Below, in pieces: positions 39,062 through 48,752 of a stretch of DNA of 64,000 nt; positions within the stretch are counted from its first letter, which is position 1, and each line of letters opens with the position of its first letter. Source of the stretch: a virus (taxonomy: Duplodnaviria > Heunggongvirae > Uroviricota > Caudoviricetes); the IMG/VR virus record IMGVR_UViG_3300006201_000003, positions 64,095 through 128,094 of that record. The stretch is one strand, 5' to 3'. The notes under the pieces are model-generated. The model saw only the letters and a list, made by a program, of their open reading frames with translations, was not told the DNA's origin and did no database searches. The position numbers and the translations under genes are program-made.

Positions 39062-39287
39062 TCGGTTTATCCTCCATCAATATACCCCAACGCTTAATCT
39101 GAATCACAGCTCCTTCTTTTGTAGAAGCTCCTGCCGTTCGGTGCCCACATTCCTTATTGCAACAAGCACCGCAATACACAAGACGCCGCTGTTTGCCATG
39201 CCCAATATAAAATGGACTGACTACAACACTGCTTCCACAGTATTTGCAACGGCCAATCTCGTTTTTGAGAATCCGTCTCATAGTCAC
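39054..39287 (-). CDS. Zinc-ribbon protein.
   Basis: 77 aa; CKYCGS...CGACCNKEC. Confidence 0.45.
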   Translation of the reverse strand: MTMRRILKNEIGRCKYCGSSVVVSPFYIGHGKQRRLVYCGACCNKECGHRTAGASTKEGAVIQIKRWGILMEDKPNG

Positions 39288-39308
39288 TATCCCTTCCTAA
39301 TAAAAGGT

Positions 39309-39584
39309 TTATTTTATCCTGCGGTTAAGTTCGTCCAAAAGCTCCTTGGTAGAGAACTTTGACAACTGTACGTCATTTAGATTTTTTGTGTCCACACTAT
39401 GTTGCGGAGTATGGTCATCTCTATCTGGAATTTCTTCGATACAGTTAGGTACACTTTCATATGTGAATCCACATTTCTTGCAATGCGTTTCCATCTGACC
39501 GTAAAACCCAAAACCACCAAGATGATGTTGGGTAACATTCCCACATTTAGGACATCTGGTTTTAGCAAAAGAACTCATTTTCAT
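39309..39584 (-). CDS. Zinc-ribbon protein.
   Basis: 91 aa; CPKCGN...CKKCG. Confidence 0.5.
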   Translation of the reverse strand: MKMSSFAKTRCPKCGNVTQHHLGGFGFYGQMETHCKKCGFTYESVPNCIEEIPDRDDHTPQHSVDTKNLNDVQLSKFSTKELLDELNRRIK

Positions 39585-39651
39585 TATCCTTTCTATAAAA
39601 GATTTGTTTTATCTAAAAGACTCCTTTTTATCACCCAATCCCTCAGAAAAT

Positions 39652-39987
39652 TTATTTTGCCGCTTTATTATGACACTGTTTCCAATACTCCTCGAAGGTA
39701 AGCCCTTCATCAGTTTCCCATACGTCCATAACCCGTCCGTTTTTGTACTCGTACACATCGAACAGATTGTAGTCCACAGCATCGTTGAGCAAGTCGCTGT
39801 CTGCAATAGCGTCCGCAAGACGAACGGCCTGGTCAATATTCTGAACAGGGAAGACTGTCTCCCGTCCATTCCGAATATAGAGAAGTGCGAGTTTTGCCTT
39901 GACCATCGTAAATCCTCCTTGATTTCTTGAATAAATGTAGGTTTGATGTTGCAATTTACAAAGCAATGGGATCTCTAAGAAAGACAT
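39652..39987 (-). CDS. Hypothetical protein.
   Basis: 111-aa ORF. Confidence 0.45.
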   Translation of the reverse strand: MSFLEIPLLCKLQHQTYIYSRNQGGFTMVKAKLALLYIRNGRETVFPVQNIDQAVRLADAIADSDLLNDAVDYNLFDVYEYKNGRVMDVWETDEGLTFEEYWKQCHNKAAK

Positions 39988-40192
39988 GGACGAACTCGGA
40001 GTCTCTCACATCATCTCCTGGAAACGCTTGCAGGAATACCTTTTCAACACTGGTGATATCGTCCCAGCGGTTATCATTATTCCTGACAGCAGACTTGATA
40101 TCGTCCACATTTGCCCAAGACTTTGCCACAACATATGTGGCGGCGGTGTGCCTCCATGTAACTTTATAGAGCGCGAAAAGTTCAGACTTCAT
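39956..40192 (-). CDS. Hypothetical protein.
   Basis: 78-aa ORF. Confidence 0.4.
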   Translation of the reverse strand: MKSELFALYKVTWRHTAATYVVAKSWANVDDIKSAVRNNDNRWDDITSVEKVFLQAFPGDDVRDSEFVHVFLRDPIAL

Positions 40193-40271
40193 ATTATTTC
40201 ATCCTTTTTCAATCATAATGAAATGGGAGATTGATGCCTCCATTATAATTACAGGCAATATCCGTTATCTG

Positions 40272-40661
40272 CTAACCTATGACTTCAATTTTTCCACCAA
40301 GATCCTTTTCGCTTTGAGTGAGCAGCTTTTCCGAAAAGCCATTTGCATATCTAAGAGAATCATCCCGCACTCTAACAAGCTGGAACATAGTACAAATGCG
40401 TTCCGATAGACTGGGATCATTCAAGGCGTACTGATGAAAGAGCTGCCGAAGATCAAATCCTGGTTTATCCGCATTGTTAAGGTAGTCGTACAGTGCCTCC
40501 AGTAAGATAGACTCCATCAATCTGCCCTTGTAATCCTCCTTTGGACAAGCACACTCATGGCTCATATATGCGGCGATACCCTCCAAAGGGGTATCGCCAA
40601 CACCGTCCAGATTACAATGGCCTTTACAGCACATGATGATGTTGCACGTTCTCTGTTCCAT
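40272..40661 (-). CDS. Hypothetical Cys-rich protein.
   Basis: 129-aa ORF. Confidence 0.5.
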   Translation of the reverse strand: MEQRTCNIIMCCKGHCNLDGVGDTPLEGIAAYMSHECACPKEDYKGRLMESILLEALYDYLNNADKPGFDLRQLFHQYALNDPSLSERICTMFQLVRVRDDSLRYANGFSEKLLTQSEKDLGGKIEVIG

Positions 40662-40664
40662 AGT

Positions 40665-41027
40665 TCAACTTGCCTCCTTCCAAATCGAAAGCGCCTCGTC
40701 CAGAAAAGCCCCAGGTGTTCCATCTACAATCCCGTAGGTCTGATCTTTCACACCAATTTCCGCATGGGAACGAACAAGGTGTAGCTTTGTAGCAGGGAGT
40801 TCCATACCGATGGAAGAGTGGTAAAGTCCGTTGATAATGGCGAGCGCCTGCAAAAATCCACCCAAGGTAGAAACATTTTTCAAACCATCCAGAATTTCCG
40901 CCCAGTTCTTTTCACAGGAATCGTTTGACCCCATCCGTTCCATCTCCTCTTTGTCTCCATTGATCTCCTCGGAGACATAGTAGGTTCCACGCTCAGGAAT
41001 ACAGAAGTAAATCTGCCGCCGTGTCAT
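40665..41027 (-). CDS. Hypothetical protein.
   Basis: Likely start MTRRQIY at 41027 after GGAGGTG; the track ORF extends to 41222 but overlaps the upstream gene. Confidence 0.45.
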   Translation of the reverse strand: MTRRQIYFCIPERGTYYVSEEINGDKEEMERMGSNDSCEKNWAEILDGLKNVSTLGGFLQALAIINGLYHSSIGMELPATKLHLVRSHAEIGVKDQTYGIVDGTPGAFLDEALSIWKEAS

Positions 41028-41040
41028 ATTAGCACCTCCA

Positions 41041-41610
41041 TTACATTCTGATTGGGAGAACATATCCGATAGCGTATTCGTTGTTCTCCATCCAGTCCTT
41101 TGGAAACACCAGAAGAGAACAGAATGGGCTGTGCTGGCTATACCTTCCAATATAGAACATAGCTCCTGGGCCAATAGCCTCTGCCACATCCACCAGATAG
41201 CGGGGGTTATAGAACCCCTCAACCGTTCCGCCGCTGTTGTTCTGTGCGGACAACTTCACGGGAACTGCGCCTGTCTTTTCGGTCTTTCCATACCTCCAAG
41301 GTTTAGCCTGCTGTTTCCATTCTTTGATATGGTCAGCAGTGACAGTTAGTGTTCGGAAATGGTCGTAGTCCTCAAAGTCCTTCCGTACCAAGTCATACAG
41401 CCCATCCATGCGCTCCGCATCCACCATTCCATCTGGCTTATCGCAAAAGGCCACAGCCACATATCCGTCCGTGACAACATAGCGGTTACGGCTCGGATGG
41501 ACACCAGCAATCCGTGGAATAGACTCTTTCCCGTCTTGCTTCTTCAGTTCAATCTGATGAGCCTCACGGTCAACGATCCGCTGTAATGCGGCCAACTGTT
41601 TCTTTGTCAT
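41041..41610 (-). CDS. Hypothetical protein.
   Basis: Start MTKKQL at 41610 after GAGGAGG. Confidence 0.5.
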   Translation of the reverse strand: MTKKQLAALQRIVDREAHQIELKKQDGKESIPRIAGVHPSRNRYVVTDGYVAVAFCDKPDGMVDAERMDGLYDLVRKDFEDYDHFRTLTVTADHIKEWKQQAKPWRYGKTEKTGAVPVKLSAQNNSGGTVEGFYNPRYLVDVAEAIGPGAMFYIGRYSQHSPFCSLLVFPKDWMENNEYAIGYVLPIRM

Positions 41611-42572
41611 GCTACTTTCCTCCTCATACACTGTTCCACAAACTCCTGAACATAAGCGGCGTTTCTGAACTTGATATCCACTCGCCCATTTTTGAACAGT
41701 TTAATAAACTTGACTTTCTCCATATTGTTGATAGGAAATTCGTTGTGTTTGACATTATAACCTTGAAGGTCGGGGAACCAAAGCCGCCCTTCACTCATAC
41801 GTCCACACTCGTACCATGCCAAAGCGTCCAAAAGCGTTTTCAAATCTTCGTCCGCTTTCCACTCCGGCCCCCAGCTCCACCGATCATCGCAGGAACACCA
41901 GCTTCCAGTTAAGCGGAGCGTATCGTTCTTAATTTCAAACCGCTCCTTTCCGTCGTCCCACCTGTTATGGCAACATTTCCAAGTGCGTTCCAGGAACTCG
42001 TTCATGGCCTGCTCCTGGAAAGAGAATCCACCCAACTGGACGAAAATCTCATCCACAATCTGCTCATAGCGGAGCGGGAGCGTCCGAAGCGTTGTGTTAT
42101 ACGCAGTTTTCTCAGCCTTATATGCAGCCATTTTTCCCTGAAAGGCGTCAACCTCATCATCGCTCATGTTCCTGTATCCACCCCAGGGAAGTTTAGGCTC
42201 TTTCGGAGCGACAGGAATCAGATGTTCCAGAATTTCGTGGCTGTCCAATTCCACATTATATTTGCGGCTGAAATACTGGACGATTACGGAAACGAAAGTT
42301 CTATTCCGCTCCTCCATAACTCGATACACCTTGTCCTCATCACAGCTGAAACCATCGCCGCTCATATAGGGGTTGTAGAAATGGTCATCGTCCACGGCGA
42401 GAATTGTCAACTGCTCACTCTCACCAGCAATCATCAGATCGGCAATCTTCTGGAGTGCTGGCCCAGACTTGTCAAACGCATCCTGGTGACGGAGGCAAAA
42501 CGCCTTATCCTCCTCGGAAATTCTGTTATCCGCCTTGATCTCCACGGATGCGAACTTGTTAAGCAGACTCAT
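41607..42572 (-). CDS. Hypothetical protein.
   Basis: 321-aa ORF. Confidence 0.5.
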   Translation of the reverse strand: MSLLNKFASVEIKADNRISEEDKAFCLRHQDAFDKSGPALQKIADLMIAGESEQLTILAVDDDHFYNPYMSGDGFSCDEDKVYRVMEERNRTFVSVIVQYFSRKYNVELDSHEILEHLIPVAPKEPKLPWGGYRNMSDDEVDAFQGKMAAYKAEKTAYNTTLRTLPLRYEQIVDEIFVQLGGFSFQEQAMNEFLERTWKCCHNRWDDGKERFEIKNDTLRLTGSWCSCDDRWSWGPEWKADEDLKTLLDALAWYECGRMSEGRLWFPDLQGYNVKHNEFPINNMEKVKFIKLFKNGRVDIKFRNAAYVQEFVEQCMRRKVA

Positions 42573-43278
42573 CTAATCTCTCCTCACTTTCATCACTCTG
42601 TACTCCGCTCAAAACCTTTTCCAGATTGGCGGACGTGACAGTTGTAAACAAATCCTCCAAAATGCGAGGGCTGTACGTCCTTGTTTCCAAATGGTCGTGA
42701 TACTTAGTTATCTGACCTTGCAGGTTCATCAGACTGGATACAGTACCAGATTTATGGATAATTCCAAGCATATCGCAAATATCCTTGCACTGACGGCGGC
42801 GCTGACGAATTTCCTGTAACGACTTGTAGAGCTTGAATCCATCTACAACATTGACGTTGGAAAATTCAATCTTGTGAAGCATATCCTCCTGCGCCTTGTC
42901 CGCCACACGGACTTGATCTGCGTAATATGCAAGCAACACCCGCATAATCCGTCCTGTTTCGTACATTTGCCCAACCAAATCGGGCAGAGAATCCAGATAC
43001 TTGTTTGCCTGATCCTCAGTGATTTCATCACTAACACCAGTGCTACCACTCCCTACACCAACAGGGGTGCTCTTCCCATCACACGGCAGAATTTCCATCT
43101 CAGCCTTACCATACTGACCTTTGACTGCGTTATTGAAGTTCGTCTGCATGAAGTTATCCACTTTTGTCCGATCACTAAAGCGGTGAGCCTTGTTCTCATC
43201 CACCCAGACCGCCTCATTCTTTTTGGCAATCAGAGAAAGGTATTTTCCAGTGAGCATATTGCGAATTACGTACTGCAA
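42559..43278 (-). CDS. Hypothetical protein.
   Basis: 239-aa ORF. Confidence 0.5.
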   Translation of the reverse strand: MQYVIRNMLTGKYLSLIAKKNEAVWVDENKAHRFSDRTKVDNFMQTNFNNAVKGQYGKAEMEILPCDGKSTPVGVGSGSTGVSDEITEDQANKYLDSLPDLVGQMYETGRIMRVLLAYYADQVRVADKAQEDMLHKIEFSNVNVVDGFKLYKSLQEIRQRRRQCKDICDMLGIIHKSGTVSSLMNLQGQITKYHDHLETRTYSPRILEDLFTTVTSANLEKVLSGVQSDESEERLDESA

Positions 43279-43398
43279 AATTATTCCTCCTTTAATACCG
43301 CCGTACCACCATGTCAGCGTACTTATCCGCTTTGTGCTTTAGATAGGCGTCATAAGCCAATTTTCCAACCGTCAAAATCACGCCAAAGATAATCTCCA

Positions 43399-44238
43399 TC
43401 AGCTCCATACCTCCTTGTGCTCTACAAGATACATAGCAAAGTCAAATTCTGTTTTGCTAACCTTATAGCTGAGATTTTCTCTGACCAAGTGATATTCTGT
43501 TCTGGGTTTGCTCTGCTTCGGCTCCCACTTGTTTCCATACAAGTTGGTCACGCCGTCCTCTTGCCTCGGCATCCATCCATCTTTGATGGACTGAATCACG
43601 AACTCCCGACGAGTCATCACTTTACCATCACAGCGGATAAGAGAGCCAAGAACGGCGTCCACTTTTCCAAAACGCAGCGGAGTCATAGTGTCCACCCAGC
43701 CAAGGTACTTGGCCTTAATCGCTTCCAGTTCCACCTGCTGGCGTGCTTTCTCCGCAGATTCCTTTTCTTCCAGGGCACGGCGACGTTCCGCCTCCTCAGC
43801 CTCTTTGTGAGCATAGTAGTTCAAGCGATGCTGGGAGTAGCGTTCGGCGGCGGCACGGTCAAACTGACGGAAGAACTCAATATCAGCAGCGCCGATAAAT
43901 TTACCCTGTTCCATCAGCTCATTCAGCCCCAGATACATATGCCTTGCACTATCAATCTGACAGCGACGCATAACATCTGCAACCTGCTCCACGGTGTACC
44001 GTTCTGGGTGCGCCATTCTCTGGAACATCAGGCCGTCCGACTTATCATCGAAAAAGACAACCAGGTTAAACAGGAGATCACCACGCTCGTTCTTCGTTTC
44101 CTTGGTTTTGTAGAGCGAACCTATCACGTTCTGCACCTCATACCAGTGGCGCACAACCTTATTGCTGTTCTTGCCGTACTGGATTACGCGGCGGCGCTTA
44201 AATGGGGTTTCAATCTTATCCAGCGTCATCACAATCAC
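43399..44238 (-). CDS. Hypothetical protein with a central coiled-coil.
   Basis: 279-aa ORF. Confidence 0.5.
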   Translation of the reverse strand: MIVMTLDKIETPFKRRRVIQYGKNSNKVVRHWYEVQNVIGSLYKTKETKNERGDLLFNLVVFFDDKSDGLMFQRMAHPERYTVEQVADVMRRCQIDSARHMYLGLNELMEQGKFIGAADIEFFRQFDRAAAERYSQHRLNYYAHKEAEEAERRRALEEKESAEKARQQVELEAIKAKYLGWVDTMTPLRFGKVDAVLGSLIRCDGKVMTRREFVIQSIKDGWMPRQEDGVTNLYGNKWEPKQSKPRTEYHLVRENLSYKVSKTEFDFAMYLVEHKEVWS

Positions 44239-44337
44239 TCCTTAATTTTATTCGCCATTACAAGAAACTCATAGGGTGAGGCTTTGTTTAGCGGAGCATC
44301 CCAGACCGCCCTATATTTATAGAACAGAATAAAACCG

Positions 44338-44619
44338 TTATTTGCTAACCGCTTCCTTAAAAAGTCGTCTTGAATCAAACAACACTTCTCTTCCATCATC
44401 GGTCATCTGCGATGCCGACCAGTGAAACGAACTCCGTGAAAGTCCAGCCAGATATGCCATACGGCCCAAGAGACGGATTGCTTCATCCCTACCTATTGGT
44501 TTACCATCCAATTCATACCTGGTTTTGGCACTGTGGGTAGCTTCCTCAATCTGCGGGAAGTCCCGCTCGGTGTAACCCCAGCTGAAAAGCAGATCCTTGT
44601 CTTTCTTGGTCAGCTTCAT
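44338..44619 (-). CDS. Hypothetical small protein.
   Basis: 93-aa ORF; first of the promoter-cassette series. Confidence 0.45.
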   Translation of the reverse strand: MKLTKKDKDLLFSWGYTERDFPQIEEATHSAKTRYELDGKPIGRDEAIRLLGRMAYLAGLSRSSFHWSASQMTDDGREVLFDSRRLFKEAVSK

Positions 44620-44683
44620 TTCGATACCCCCAACTCAAATTTGTTGTATTTCCATTACTATTACAGGAGAAATGCCGGCTGTG

Positions 44684-45439
44684 CTAACCGGCTTTCTCCA
44701 TGTTCCAAAAAATTCGCAGGATGTCTTTATCGTCCAGACGATAGCCGTACCTTCTGGCACGTTCCTTCATAAAGAACGGTCTGCCATTTTCGCTGACGAT
44801 CCTACCCTTCATCGGGGGACACGGAATGGAAATTGCTCCACCAGATGGTGCAAAGCTGACCCGCTTCCCGATCAGGCTCTCCGCAACCGCATCAGCGTCC
44901 GCCTTGATCTTCGCATCGTCCAGCACAACTTCGTACTGAACTGTGACCTCGATGTTTTCATCGTTCTGGAACTGGCCGATAATCTGCATAACACTGTCGT
45001 ACACCTTGCGCTGTTTCTCCACAGACTGCGAATTGTTGAAATTCAGCGTAAAGTAGGAATAGTCACGTCCAGACAGAGCACCGCGCATGGAGTTATAGAA
45101 GTCGTTGCACCAGAAGAACAAATCCCAATCATCCGACTTGAAGAGTGTCAGATCATGGTCTTTGTTGTACTGATAGCACCAGTGCTTCTCTCCAATGGCC
45201 TGCATTACCCGCTCCATGTGGTTACTCCGCATCTGAGCAGACTTTGCGCAGATGTCGTCCCACTCCTGAACGCTCATATCAGACGGGCCAGGACGCTTAC
45301 GGTTTGCCTCCAGCTGCTCCTCCGTATAGACGAACTGGAACCGCAGGCTTCGTACTCTCTCGTGTCCGTAGCCACGGGCGGCAAACTCTCTATCGGAACT
45401 TTGAATATAAGAGCGATTATGTTTGATTTCCATTATCAA
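44684..45439 (-). CDS. Hypothetical protein.
   Basis: 251-aa ORF with a cassette promoter upstream. Confidence 0.5.
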   Translation of the reverse strand: MIMEIKHNRSYIQSSDREFAARGYGHERVRSLRFQFVYTEEQLEANRKRPGPSDMSVQEWDDICAKSAQMRSNHMERVMQAIGEKHWCYQYNKDHDLTLFKSDDWDLFFWCNDFYNSMRGALSGRDYSYFTLNFNNSQSVEKQRKVYDSVMQIIGQFQNDENIEVTVQYEVVLDDAKIKADADAVAESLIGKRVSFAPSGGAISIPCPPMKGRIVSENGRPFFMKERARRYGYRLDDKDILRIFWNMEKAG

Positions 45440-45526
45440 TTCCTCCTCAAAATTCGTGTCCTATTACTATTACAAAAAAAGGGTAGAGGTTTGCTAACCT
45501 CTACCCCAAAACTTTTTATGTTGTTA

Positions 45527-45772
45527 TTAGTCATACTTAAAGTTCTCACGTCCGATGTACTCACCGCCTGCGTAGTCCTCATCAACATAGCCGGAGTACC
45601 AGACCAGATCACCGTGCTGCTCCGTCAGCTTGTCCAGCCTTTCTATGCAATCACTCTCGTCGTTGCCGCCGACTGTCACCTCAAAGTTGTCCGCAAATCG
45701 TCCACACATTCTGAACGGCTCCAGAACGGCACTCTTAATGTCGGAAATGGTATTGTAATAGATCATGGTCAC
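45527..45772 (-). CDS. Hypothetical small protein.
   Basis: 81-aa ORF. Confidence 0.45.
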   Translation of the reverse strand: MTMIYYNTISDIKSAVLEPFRMCGRFADNFEVTVGGNDESDCIERLDKLTEQHGDLVWYSGYVDEDYAGGEYIGRENFKYD

Positions 45773-45780
45773 ACTCTCCT

Positions 45781-45996
45781 AAATCTCACTTTTGTAAACG
45801 GTAAAGTCGTACCCGCCCGCAGGGATTTCCTCTACCCAGGGCAGGCAGGTGTTATCGCCGCCATATTTATCCCAGGCAGTCCGCTCCGCCGTGTCCGCAT
45901 CAGGGGCAAACACGACGCCACAGCGTTTCCCGATGTGCGCTCATGTCCGATTATGACATACAACCATGCAAAAGAAATAAGCCTTTTTCTCCATGA
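45781..45996 (-). CDS. Small ORF with an in-frame TGA (codon 18): MEKKAYFFCMVVCHNRT*AHIGKRCGVVFAPDADTAERTAWDKYGGDNTCLPWVEEIPAGGYDFTVYKSEI.
   Basis: Manual translation; RBS GTGAGGT 7 nt upstream of the ATG at 45996; TGA at 45943-45945; no alternative start with an RBS after the TGA. Not in the track because of the stop. Confidence 0.4.
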
Positions 45997-46009
45997 TGAA
46001 ACCTCACTT

Positions 46010-46264
46010 TCATACATCCAATTCCATAAATACCAGCTTCGCAGCCGCTTTGCTATCCACAAAGTCCAGAATGGAACCGTCCGCCGTGATACAGCACCAT
46101 GTCCCAGCGGGTGCTCGTGTTTCGACTCCTTTTCCAGTATACTGTAAGATATCCAGGCGTTCCAGCTCTTCTACCGGCCCAGCCATTCCCAGCAACTTAC
46201 CGTCGTCCGTCCGATACCGCCGAATCTCCGTGTCTTTGATTCTTTTAATAATCATTACAAACAC
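46010..46264 (-). CDS. Hypothetical small protein.
   Basis: 84-aa ORF with a cassette promoter upstream. Confidence 0.45.
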   Translation of the reverse strand: MFVMIIKRIKDTEIRRYRTDDGKLLGMAGPVEELERLDILQYTGKGVETRAPAGTWCCITADGSILDFVDSKAAAKLVFMELDV

Positions 46265-46344
46265 CTCCTATTTTAATTACAAACCGCTTTGCATTTTTGC
46301 TAACCAAAAAATACGGGCGGGAAAATTTTCCCGCCCGTTCCATA

Positions 46345-47277
46345 TTACACACCAGCACCAACCAGGAGAGAGGCCATCTTGTCCATCATTGCGTGGCCGT
46401 CCATGATGCGACCCCAGTTATTCTCACGATAGTTGGCCGTCTGACGGCGGGGTGCATTGTGGGACACCATATCACTCATGGCATTCAGCGCTCCCCATAC
46501 GGTGCCCTTGAATTTGAGGATGTCCGGGGCGAAGTAGCAGATCATGTACTCGTCCTTCACCTTCTCAGCGTTCCGCTTCTCGCGGTCGCTCATATCCTCC
46601 GTGACGGGGAACATCTCATCCAGAATGGCCTTGATACGCTCATCGGTAATGCTGGTGTTAGCCATCTGGTCAGCGTACTCACCCAGTTTGACCATATACT
46701 TGTTTGCCATATCCAGACAGACACGCGCCTCGTGGAGCTTGGACTGGATATCGCCGGTATGCCGCACAGCCCAGGCACGTTTTGCGGTGCTCATGGCAAA
46801 GTTGAGCGTGTTGTTACAGACCACCCGAATGGGCGTCATGCAGACGCGGATAGCACCGCTCCCGTCGTGGGTATTGGAGAAACACAGGTAAGGCTCTGTC
46901 TTGTCCCCAACGATCTCCGTATCAGGCAACTTCGCTAACAGCCAGATTTTCTTGCCGCCTTGGAGACTTCCCGCCGTCTCGTAGTGAACCTCGCCGTCAA
47001 TCAGGGAGTCCGTAAAAGCGAACGCTTCCACATTCTGGACAATCTTGTAGCGGTCGGTCACGACACCCAGCACAGCGCCATCGCTGCTCCGTACATTGGC
47101 CTTGTAGTTGGCGATCTTTGCCCCGCCGCAGACCTGGATGTTCTTCTTGTCTACCGTCCAGTCCAGACCGGCCAGCCGTAGCGCATCGGCGCTGGTGGGA
47201 GCCTCCTCCACCATAGTCCCCAGACCGTGCCAGGGCTTCTCACGGACGTACATCATAGTTTCAACATTAGCAGCCAT
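46345..47277 (-). CDS. DUF932 / phage-plasmid-like protein (TIGR03299-like).
   Basis: 310 aa; the N-terminal EKPWHGLGT matches the characteristic PWHGLG motif of that family. Confidence 0.55.
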   Translation of the reverse strand: MAANVETMMYVREKPWHGLGTMVEEAPTSADALRLAGLDWTVDKKNIQVCGGAKIANYKANVRSSDGAVLGVVTDRYKIVQNVEAFAFTDSLIDGEVHYETAGSLQGGKKIWLLAKLPDTEIVGDKTEPYLCFSNTHDGSGAIRVCMTPIRVVCNNTLNFAMSTAKRAWAVRHTGDIQSKLHEARVCLDMANKYMVKLGEYADQMANTSITDERIKAILDEMFPVTEDMSDREKRNAEKVKDEYMICYFAPDILKFKGTVWGALNAMSDMVSHNAPRRQTANYRENNWGRIMDGHAMMDKMASLLVGAGV

Positions 47278-47356
47278 TTTGCAAACCTCCTAAATTTTAT
47301 GTGGTGATTTTGTTGTGAATACCTACATTGTTATTACAGCGCCGAAATAGCACTTG

Positions 47357-47806
47357 CTAACCATTGCCATAAACTTTTTCCACCATTGGCAATAGCTCTT
47401 TGCGCCACTTATAAAAATCAGACACGAAACCTACAACCACATCCTGCGGAACTTCGTCATCCTTAATTTCTTTTTCAATGCCGCCGTTGCTATCTTTCCA
47501 ATCTCCCATACGGACATCCAGATACCAAGAAAGACTTTCTACCTCGGCGTTGAACCACAGCTCATCACAAAGCTGGCAGATAGCCTCCAACGTCCATCCA
47601 TTCTCTTTGCAGGCCAGCCAGTCATTCTCGGTAAAGCCCATCACGGAACCCACACTCCCGTGGTAGTCTTGGATAGCCCAAGGCAAGCCCTCATCAGTAA
47701 ACTTCCAGTCCAGCTTGCCATAGCGCCGCTGATACTCAGCCTTGGTTTCCGCAATCTTATCTCTCAAATTGTTCATTTGCGCACCTCCTATTATAATCAC
47801 AGACAA
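47357..47806 (-). CDS. Hypothetical protein.
   Basis: 149-aa ORF. Confidence 0.5.
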   Translation of the reverse strand: MSVIIIGGAQMNNLRDKIAETKAEYQRRYGKLDWKFTDEGLPWAIQDYHGSVGSVMGFTENDWLACKENGWTLEAICQLCDELWFNAEVESLSWYLDVRMGDWKDSNGGIEKEIKDDEVPQDVVVGFVSDFYKWRKELLPMVEKVYGNG

Positions 47807-47828
47807 AATCTATCGTTTGCTAACCAGT

Positions 47829-48191
47829 TTACTCAATCCAGACATCTTCCACGCCAAAAGAATATCGGATGAACTTTCCACCCACCGCACTAACGGTCAC
47901 AAGATCAGCCTTATTCATAATCGAAGTCAACATAGCAGTTTCATCTTTATCAAAGGTGGAAACGATTTTTACATCCAAAGAAATCAATGCGTTTCGCTCG
48001 TACTTGTTAGGTTTAATCTCTTCCAGCCGCAAAACATCGTCGCACAGCTGCAAAAAGTCGGTTAGATCTGTCTTGATCTCCTGATACAGTTTCAGCTTGG
48101 CAAAATCTGCACGCTGCCCGTCAAAATTCTCATTACGTTCTATCATCTCGGACAATTCCTCCTGGGAATGGATATCAAACGGTTCTTTCAT
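47829..48191 (-). CDS. Hypothetical protein.
   Basis: Start MKEPFDIH at 48191 after AAGGAGGA. Confidence 0.5.
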   Translation of the reverse strand: MKEPFDIHSQEELSEMIERNENFDGQRADFAKLKLYQEIKTDLTDFLQLCDDVLRLEEIKPNKYERNALISLDVKIVSTFDKDETAMLTSIMNKADLVTVSAVGGKFIRYSFGVEDVWIE

Positions 48192-48204
48192 CGCACTTCC
48201 TCCT

Positions 48205-48642
48205 TTACCACACATTCCGCCAGCCAGGAGAATTGACCAGCTCATTCAACTCAGCCTCTTTTCGGTCAGCCTCGTCCTCCTCTCCGTCGTCAGGAAAGCT
48301 GGATACGTCCAGATCGTACACATCGGGGTACACATCGGCGTTAGCGTAGATATTCTGAACCAAACCACCCTTGACCTCTACGGCCATCTGCACATCCAAA
48401 TTGTGCTCCTCAATGCGCCAGGATTCCACATCGTCACCGTCGCGGATCACAGCGCCATCCTCGCGGCACTCGCACTCGTCATCGCTATTATGCTCCTTGG
48501 AAGTATAATCCCAATCTTTGACCGTCTCCTGCCAGTCGGCCCGCATAGCATCCAACGCAGCCTGTTTATCCGTAAACGGCTTCACATTGCAGCCCCAGGC
48601 AGCATCGGTATCCTGCTCGTGAATCAGAATGTAAATTTTCAT
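48205..48642 (-). CDS. Hypothetical acidic protein.
   Basis: 145-aa ORF. Confidence 0.5.
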   Translation of the reverse strand: MKIYILIHEQDTDAAWGCNVKPFTDKQAALDAMRADWQETVKDWDYTSKEHNSDDECECREDGAVIRDGDDVESWRIEEHNLDVQMAVEVKGGLVQNIYANADVYPDVYDLDVSSFPDDGEEDEADRKEAELNELVNSPGWRNVW

Positions 48643-48752
48643 AGTTAATTCCTCCTTGTTGTTTTGTGGCCTATATTGTAATTACAGAGAGAAGAAGATA
48701 TTTGCTAACCATTCAAATAAAAAAAGCCCACCGTTTTCGGTGGGCTTATCCA

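Noticed and set aside
45943-45990. A hairpin immediately 3' of the in-frame TGA as a bacterial SECIS element.
   Set aside because: The stem is short with a bulge, starts at +1 rather than the usual ~11 nt spacing, and no Sec machinery genes are visible. Too weak to call a selenoprotein.
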